From positions 1-29,799 of the IMG/VR virus record IMGVR_UViG_3300025888_000025: a stretch of DNA of 29,799 nt, one strand, 5' to 3'. The translations under genes were made by a program, and so were the position numbers. Positions within the stretch are counted from its first letter, which is position 1; each line of letters begins with the position of its first letter. Of the stretch, positions 23,741-29,799 are shown piece after piece. Source of the DNA: a virus (Duplodnaviria; Caudoviricetes). The notes beneath the pieces were generated by a model. That model saw nothing but the letters and a program-made list of their open reading frames with translations, was not told the origin of the DNA and ran no database searches.

Positions 23741-24952
23741 CTAGGACTCGTCCGAGACGAGCGTGACCTTGCAGAACCCGAACGGCACGCGCACCGCGAG
23801 CGCCAGGCGCTCCTCAGCACGAACCGTCACCCGGTTGTACTCGAAGTCGGTGTCGTTGGTGTTCACAACCTCAACACGCACACCACCCTTACGGATGACA
23901 GACGCGGCCTGCTTGAACGCACCCACGAGCGCGGTGCCCTTGGGGATGGCCGGGGTGACCACCGTGCGCAGACCCCACACCGGGGGCTGCTCGACGATCC
24001 CGCCCTGACCGTACTGGCCCTGGAAGAACCCGCCGCCGTAATACTGCTCGTTCCCGTCCTTCATGAGGCGCAAGGTTTGGTAGTCCGAGGGGTTGATGAC
24101 AAGGCCGTCAGCCTGGAGGCCGGAACCCGTGAACACCTTCGTCGTCGCACGGAAGATCGAGTCTGCGTCGTCGGTCAGAGCGGCCGAAGTTACCGACTGA
24201 ATCGCACGGTGAAGAATGCCGGTCAGGTCGTAACCACCACCCGCGCCACCAAGCAACTGGTCCTCCTCCACAACCCCGAGGTTGTAGACGAGACGCCCGT
24301 TGATTGCCGAAGCGAGCCACGGGGCGTCCTCAATGATCTCGTCCGACTCCTTGAGGAACGCGGCGATCTTCATGAGGGACTCCGTGACCGGGGTCAGGTC
24401 GCCGTAGTGAATCTGCGGCTTGTGACCACCCTGGCCCACGCTCGTTGGGGCACCCTCAAGGGCACCCTCAATGAAGTACGTGAGCGAGTTGCCGGAGATG
24501 GTTTCCGTGCCGAGCAGGTCGGCTACCGTGAGGCGGCGACGAACGCCGATCACAATGTTGGTGTCGACCGTGGTCAGTGCTGGGAGGATGGCGGCGTACG
24601 TTGACTGGACGTCGGACGCGGCCTTGAACTCGGGGGTCGAGACTGAGACCCGCGAACCCTTCTTGCCCTTGAGCTCGGCGCCGATGGACTTGGCAACGAA
24701 CTCACCAAGCGACTTCGCCTGGCTGTCCGCCACGGGGGTGTCCTCGTTGGCGCCAAGGCCCGAGAAGGCCTGGACGATCGCTGCGGACTTGCGCGAACGC
24801 TGAATGCTCGCGTCGATCTCCGTGATCTCCGCGTTCTTCGTGTCAAGGTCGGCAACCTCTTCGACCGTGAGGTCGCGGGCTTCGGTCTTGGCCTTTGCAA
24901 TCACATCTTGGGCCGCCCTAAGAGCGGCGGCCCGCTTCTCTTCCGGAGTCAT
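23741..24952 (-). CDS. Major capsid protein, HK97 fold with N-terminal delta domain
   Basis: Coiled-coil first ~110 aa, likely cleavage near EFK/AA, EEDQLLGG.G, INPSDY..LRL.KDGN.QY, VWGLRTV, RAEERLALAV. Confidence 0.96.
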   Translation of the reverse strand: MTPEEKRAAALRAAQDVIAKAKTEARDLTVEEVADLDTKNAEITEIDASIQRSRKSAAIVQAFSGLGANEDTPVADSQAKSLGEFVAKSIGAELKGKKGSRVSVSTPEFKAASDVQSTYAAILPALTTVDTNIVIGVRRRLTVADLLGTETISGNSLTYFIEGALEGAPTSVGQGGHKPQIHYGDLTPVTESLMKIAAFLKESDEIIEDAPWLASAINGRLVYNLGVVEEDQLLGGAGGGYDLTGILHRAIQSVTSAALTDDADSIFRATTKVFTGSGLQADGLVINPSDYQTLRLMKDGNEQYYGGGFFQGQYGQGGIVEQPPVWGLRTVVTPAIPKGTALVGAFKQAASVIRKGGVRVEVVNTNDTDFEYNRVTVRAEERLALAVRVPFGFCKVTLVSDES

Positions 24953-24973
24953 GATGACCCCTTTCTGCCCCGG

Positions 24974-25789
24974 TTACACACCGTGAGCGAGTAGTTGCGT
25001 TTCCGCCAGGACTCGTGCGGACGGGCTGACCTTCTGCTCCTCTCCGAGTGCGGGCGCATTGGCCCCAAGGGGCTCCTCTGCGTCGGTCTCGGATTTCGCT
25101 TCGGGTGTACCGCTGGCCTTACCCTGGTTGTTGTCCCCGCCCATTTGGGCGAGAAGATCCTCGATGTCGGACGCGACGCCCGCGGCGTCCTCCCCGATCT
25201 GCTTGAGTGCCGCTTCGTTCATTGCGGAGAACATGCGCCCCGCCTTGATGGCTGCAACCTCGGACGCCACCTCGGAGCGCAGGGACTTGACGGCGATGAC
25301 CGCCGTGTCCTGGTTCGCACCGACTGGCACGAGCGACACTTCGTACACCTTCAACTTGCGCAGTTCGTTGACCTTCGTGCCATCGGCGCGCGTGACCGTT
25401 CCCTCATCGAGCACGTCGTAGGCGAACGAGCCCTGACGCAGACGCTTGGCCTTCGCAAGTCGGTACACCTGAGCGGCAACCTCGTTGTCCATGTCCATGC
25501 GCGCTCGCACGAAAAGGCCATGGTCGTCGGCGGCATAGTCGCCAGTCGATGCGTCGGCGCCGCCCACGTTGTAGTCAGGCTTGGACTGGTTGTGCCCGTA
25601 CAGGACCGACACGGGGCCGCCCGACGCCTTCCATGCCGCAATGTCCTCATCGAACGCGCCCGGCATCACCACATCGCCGTAGGAGTCCGGCTGGTCGGTG
25701 AACGTTGAGGCGTAGAACTCGATGACGCCCTCAGCCAACCCGTCAGCGGGGCCAGCCTTGACGCGCAAGGGAATGTCTTTGGTGAGCAT
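24974..25789 (-). CDS. HK97-type prohead maturation protease
   Basis: DSYGDVVMPGAF, LYGH, GSFAY, YEVSLVPVGAN. Confidence 0.93.
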   Translation of the reverse strand: MLTKDIPLRVKAGPADGLAEGVIEFYASTFTDQPDSYGDVVMPGAFDEDIAAWKASGGPVSVLYGHNQSKPDYNVGGADASTGDYAADDHGLFVRARMDMDNEVAAQVYRLAKAKRLRQGSFAYDVLDEGTVTRADGTKVNELRKLKVYEVSLVPVGANQDTAVIAVKSLRSEVASEVAAIKAGRMFSAMNEAALKQIGEDAAGVASDIEDLLAQMGGDNNQGKASGTPEAKSETDAEEPLGANAPALGEEQKVSPSARVLAETQLLAHGV

Positions 25790-25831
25790 GGTCGCTCCTT
25801 CGGTGCGGTAGTACGGGGGGGACGTTGGGCG

Positions 25832-27862
25832 TTACGGGGTGGACATTTCTAGGCCGCAGGTACAGTTAGCGACCTCTTCGGCGCCGCCGACAGGATCACC
25901 GGGCCAAGCCATGCCATTCGAGAAGTTCTCCGACAGGTAGACCGTCTCGCCGTCCATGGCGGCGTGAGAGGGGCGCGGGTTCGCCGACGCCACAACCCAC
26001 GTCTTCGTGCCCTTGTCCCCGAACGCCTGCTTGCCGGCCTCAGCCGTAGCGAACGCAGAGAACGTCGTGATGAGGGTCGTCGCCATTTCCTTCATGCGAC
26101 TCGACGCCGCAGTCTCGAACACGCCGGACGGTGTGGGCATCCCGCCGTCCGGGTAGTCGTCCGGGTTCGCATCCATCGCCGCCACGAGTTGGTCCAACGT
26201 GGTCGCGTTCACCATGCCCGCCCGCGAATTGGCGACCGCCTTCAAGAAGTTCAGGGTCCGCGCCTCGTCATACACGGCAGGATCGAAGCCGAGCGACTTC
26301 AACGTTTCCGCCGATACGTGCGCGGCCGTTGACACGGCAAGCGCGTACAGGTCGTCCGAGAGTTCCTGATCCCAACGCGCCGAATCCCACCACGCCGGGT
26401 CCGCGGCCTTCGTGCGCGACTTGCCCGACTTTGCACCAATCGCGGGAAGGACGACGCCCTGCTGGTGACGGAAGAACGACGCGAGGACTTCCTTCGCTTT
26501 CTCCTCATACGTGGCCGGAGCGCGCGACTTGATGCGTCCGCTTTGGAGGTCGGGAATGTTCGCGAGCGAGTCGTCTAGGATCTTCCGCTGATCCGCGTAT
26601 CCCTTGGGTGCCGCGTTCAGATTCTGCGTACCCGAATCGTGGACGGATGCTTGACCGCCCACGAGCACGTTGAGCGGGGTCACGAGACGCGCCGCGTCAC
26701 CACCAAGCGACGTCATGTTCTCCATCGCGCGACCCTCATCGGCCGTCATCCACGGGCGACCAATAGCCGTCGACATGGCGACCGCCTGCTCCTCGAAGGA
26801 GCCTTGCATCTTCTCGCGCACATTGAACTCGACATACACGCTCGGCGTCTTTGACACGCGCGGCACCACGAACCCGTTGATGCGATCCTCAAAGAACGCG
26901 AAGTCCGGGCCGAGGGTGTCCGTGTAGAGCATCCGGTGGAACTCTTTGACGTTTGAGAAGTTCGCGTTGTCCAACAGCCCGACCATCGTGGGGTTGATGT
27001 GGTACACGGACGCGACGGTCGCGAGCGAGAGCTTCACACCCTCCACCCACTCGTCCTCCTTCGCGGAGAACCCGAGCCTGGTGAGACTCATGCCATCCTC
27101 GAGAATCGGGGTGCCGCCAGCCTTCGCACCGTCAGCGCCAGTCCACTTGGCCTTCCAGTCGCGCCCAAACTTCGTGCGCGCCTCAGTTGACCATGCGGGC
27201 GCATCCACGGGACGGGTGAGCACGGTGCCCACGCGCCCGCCGCGCTCCCACACTTGCTGCCGGTACGAGTTCGCGTGAATCTGCTCAGCGAGCACGCCAC
27301 GCAGGGCGTCCACGGGCGAGATGCCGCTCGAAGGGTGACCGGGGTTCCAACCGTGGAACGCGATCACATCCGCACAGTCGATCGTCGTGATCTGACCCGA
27401 ACCGGGGCGAATCACTTCCATCCATGTCGGCGCATACGCCGTACCGCCACCAGTGCGCGTCACCCACGCCGGCGGAATCGGCAGAATCTCCCACCCGGCC
27501 ACCACGGCAGGGTTCTCCGAGAGCAGCCAGTACGCCACGTCGTACAGCGAATAGTCGGCGACGAGCCCGTAGATCAACTCGTGCGCCGTCATCGAAGCAT
27601 TCGGGTGCGCCAACAGCAACGCCATCGGGTCATCACGCAGGCGCACACGATCCGTGTCCGTGCGACGCTCGAAGACCTGCAGCCCACAGTGCGCAATGTT
27701 GCGAGCCTTGAACGAAATCACGGTGCGCAAATGCGGTTGCGTCTCGAACAAACGTTCGGCAGACATGCCCAGCACGGAACGCGAAGCCGCGTCCACGTAC
27801 GAAATGTCCCGGTACATCGGATTGACCCCAAGGAGGGCCTGGACTGCGGCACGGATGCCCAT
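25832..27862 (-). CDS. HK97-type portal fused to MuF-like domain
   Basis: FHGWNP...GISPVDAL, ILEDGM, ANFSNV, MTADEGR; C-terminal KTWV...RPSHAAMDGETV...PGDP...NCTC. Confidence 0.92.
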   Translation of the reverse strand: MGIRAAVQALLGVNPMYRDISYVDAASRSVLGMSAERLFETQPHLRTVISFKARNIAHCGLQVFERRTDTDRVRLRDDPMALLLAHPNASMTAHELIYGLVADYSLYDVAYWLLSENPAVVAGWEILPIPPAWVTRTGGGTAYAPTWMEVIRPGSGQITTIDCADVIAFHGWNPGHPSSGISPVDALRGVLAEQIHANSYRQQVWERGGRVGTVLTRPVDAPAWSTEARTKFGRDWKAKWTGADGAKAGGTPILEDGMSLTRLGFSAKEDEWVEGVKLSLATVASVYHINPTMVGLLDNANFSNVKEFHRMLYTDTLGPDFAFFEDRINGFVVPRVSKTPSVYVEFNVREKMQGSFEEQAVAMSTAIGRPWMTADEGRAMENMTSLGGDAARLVTPLNVLVGGQASVHDSGTQNLNAAPKGYADQRKILDDSLANIPDLQSGRIKSRAPATYEEKAKEVLASFFRHQQGVVLPAIGAKSGKSRTKAADPAWWDSARWDQELSDDLYALAVSTAAHVSAETLKSLGFDPAVYDEARTLNFLKAVANSRAGMVNATTLDQLVAAMDANPDDYPDGGMPTPSGVFETAASSRMKEMATTLITTFSAFATAEAGKQAFGDKGTKTWVVASANPRPSHAAMDGETVYLSENFSNGMAWPGDPVGGAEEVANCTCGLEMSTP

Positions 27863-27878
27863 GCGCTCTCCCTAAAGG

Positions 27879-29489
27879 TTAGACGACAAAAATGTCGTGA
27901 AGGTCTTCGTAAGCGCTACGCGCCTTCGGTTCCTCCCGTTGCAACAGGAGCCACAGCGCGCCCGTGACCGCCACGAGTGGCGCCGCATCGGTTGGGGACT
28001 TGCGACGATCCCAAGCCATGCCACCATCAGTCAGAATCTTCGGCACCGCAGTTGCGGCGGCCACGTCGAGAAGCGGTTGCGGCAAGTGAACTAGCCCGCC
28101 ACGCTTCGGCGGACCGTCCTTCTGCTCGATCATGCCCGACCCCTTTACAAGGTCGTACAGTTTCCCCGTCGCATTGCCCAAGTCAATCCCGCCCCACGGG
28201 ACCACGGTCAAATGCTCCACCTCGCGCAGTTCGTCAGCAAGCGACGACACCGGGGCGCCACGCTCTTGAAGCGCAGTCCACATCGGATTCTCGGCCGTGG
28301 CCCGTTCCGCAAACCAGCCCGCGATCCAATCCGTACCCGGACGAGACGCGACCACCTCAACATGCGGCAGACCATCCGCACGGAACCCAGCGACCGCAAC
28401 ATGCGAGGTTGTACGATCCGCCGACACGTCCACGCAAAACATCACCCGAGCGCCCGTCGGAATCTCCGACGTTGGGTCCACACCCGCATCCCACGTGCCA
28501 GGTGGGAACGGACCCTCAAGCGAACCATCCGACCACTGGCACAGAACCTCAGTGCGGAACACCCAATCAGGATCGGTACGTGCCGCGCTCGCGATCGTGC
28601 GTTCGGTGATCGAATACCCCAGCGACGGGTTAGCCTGCGCCCACGCATCACGATCCCACTTGTCACAACCCGGAAGGGCCGACCACTCGAAGATGCCGAG
28701 CGTGTCGCCGTCCGTTTCGAGGTCCTCATCGTCAGGCAGAAGATCGGGGGCGTCGTCCTTGTTCAAACCATCCGGGTCGCCACACGCAGCGTGCGCCAGT
28801 TTGCGCAGATACCGCGCCACAATCGACGACGCATCACCCGCGTTCGAGAGCGCCCACACTTGAGCATTCGGACGCGCCATCGTCGTCTTCGTGATCGCGC
28901 CCCACGCATCCCACGACTGATGCTCACGAAGTTCGTCAAGCAGAATCAGATCACCCGAGAGGCCACGACCTGCGCGGCGGTTCGCCGCCTTGACCTTGTA
29001 CCGTTCGCCAGTCTTGAGTTCCAACGACTCTTGCCCGTTGTTCTTGACAACCTTCGCTTTGAGTGCGTCGAGCTCGGGAATCTCTTCCACGAAGTTGACG
29101 CAACCCGACCAAATCTCTTTGGCAACGTCGAGGTCCTGCGCGGTGCCAATCACCAGCGCCACGCCGAGCACGTACATGCACCACAGTGCGAGCACCTGCG
29201 ACAGCGTGGACTTGCCGTTCTGACGAGCCACGAGCACCACGACCGTGCGAAAACGGAATGACCCATCGGGCATCAACTCGAGCGCGTGAATAAGGAGCCA
29301 GCACTGCCACGGATAGAGAGTGATCCCAAGGACAACCTCGGCGAACTCGATGACCGAGAAGCCTGCCGACGTATCGGGAGTCAGCGGACGCAACGGCTGG
29401 GTATATACGCGGGGCGTCTCGCACCCGAAACGCTTAGCCTGTGGTCTTGCGTCCACCCTCGATGGATCGGAGACTTGCGAGTTTGCCAC
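27879..29489 (-). CDS. terL: Terminase large subunit
   Basis: LYPWQ, Walker A VARQNGKST, Walker B LILLDE, ANPSLG, nuclease CVDVS; SD AAGGAG before GTG 29489 (start uncertain). Confidence 0.96.
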   Translation of the reverse strand: MANSQVSDPSRVDARPQAKRFGCETPRVYTQPLRPLTPDTSAGFSVIEFAEVVLGITLYPWQCWLLIHALELMPDGSFRFRTVVVLVARQNGKSTLSQVLALWCMYVLGVALVIGTAQDLDVAKEIWSGCVNFVEEIPELDALKAKVVKNNGQESLELKTGERYKVKAANRRAGRGLSGDLILLDELREHQSWDAWGAITKTTMARPNAQVWALSNAGDASSIVARYLRKLAHAACGDPDGLNKDDAPDLLPDDEDLETDGDTLGIFEWSALPGCDKWDRDAWAQANPSLGYSITERTIASAARTDPDWVFRTEVLCQWSDGSLEGPFPPGTWDAGVDPTSEIPTGARVMFCVDVSADRTTSHVAVAGFRADGLPHVEVVASRPGTDWIAGWFAERATAENPMWTALQERGAPVSSLADELREVEHLTVVPWGGIDLGNATGKLYDLVKGSGMIEQKDGPPKRGGLVHLPQPLLDVAAATAVPKILTDGGMAWDRRKSPTDAAPLVAVTGALWLLLQREEPKARSAYEDLHDIFVV

Positions 29490-29736
29490 CCGTCGTCTCC
29501 TTCGCATCAAGCCCGGCAGCCTTTCGAGCGGCAGGGGTAGCTAGCATCTCCTTCAAGACGTTCAGCATGTGAGGCACCAGGTACATCGCCTTCGTGGCCG
29601 ACTCGCCATCCAGGGTGTCGGCCGCGTCAATCCGGTCAGCCAGCTTCCGGCCAGCCTCGACCAGCGCCGCATCGACCGGGCGAACCTGATCGCTGATGGT
29701 GGCAACCTGCTCGAAGGCATCCCTGAGTGAACCCAT
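29434..29736 (-). CDS. terS: Terminase small subunit
   Basis: Upstream of terL; DAALVEAGRKLADRID...LKEMLATPAAR...KLASLR; SD GAGGAGG. Confidence 0.85.
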   Translation of the reverse strand: MGSLRDAFEQVATISDQVRPVDAALVEAGRKLADRIDAADTLDGESATKAMYLVPHMLNVLKEMLATPAARKAAGLDAKETTGGKLASLRSIEGGRKTTG

Positions 29737-29799
29737 GACGCCTCCTCGGTTGATACGCGCGCGATGGGGTGGGGGGGTTCCCTACAGACAGATCATTAC

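Larger units (their letters stand above)
1..29799. mobile_element. Tailed phage or prophage segment (siphovirus-like, actinobacterial host likely); neither end or att site visible
   Basis: Canonical terminase-portal-protease-capsid-neck-tail-lysis order plus densely coupled early genes; GC-rich; no host housekeeping genes. Confidence 0.97.

Noticed and set aside
23306-24604. 432-aa plus-strand ORF, and similar long shadows (2443-3408, 28212-29261, 17787-18578)
   Set aside because: Antisense to clear phage genes; expected with GC-rich codon bias; no motifs
29745-29799. Possible cos/packaging region upstream of terS (CGCGCGCG, G-run)
   Set aside because: Position is plausible but the window ends here; no terminus evidence
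1-29799. tRNA, rRNA or CRISPR array
   Set aside because: Intergenic gaps are short; no cloverleaf or repeat-spacer pattern seen by eye

Overview
The whole window is part of a GC-rich, actinobacterial siphovirus-type phage or prophage with an HK97-like head; no host genes are visible. On the minus strand, reading from the right end: terS, terL, portal-MuF fusion, prohead protease, major capsid, neck genes, tail tube, frameshifting tail chaperones, tape measure, Dit and minor tail proteins, then an M15 peptidase endolysin, a coiled-coil membrane protein and a holin, closed by a terminator at about 11.9 kb. Where a temperate phage usually keeps integrase and repressor there is a plus-strand block: Cys/His-rich protein, 207-aa serine recombinase, HNH nuclease and four small genes. 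Left of 9.2 kb is a minus-strand early region: beta-clamp-like protein, C5-methyltransferase homologue, RHH regulator, YqaJ exonuclease, short SMC/Rad50-like ATPase, orphan recombination-slot protein, BldC-like HTH, HNH and a RepA-like initiator cut by the window edge. Most notable: (1) three promoters share a TGCGCC-N4-GGCGCA palindrome plus GTGTCATGACA, and two of them bracket the recombinase-HNH cassette; (2) the methyltransferase catalytic Cys is Arg; (3) a hairpin/pseudoknot switch precedes the tail chaperone; (4) the endolysin has an internal start; (5) an antisense membrane-protein moron sits in the tail operon; (6) capsid and tail tube share a C-terminal (D/N)ES. All family calls come from motif recognition by eye; no searches were run.
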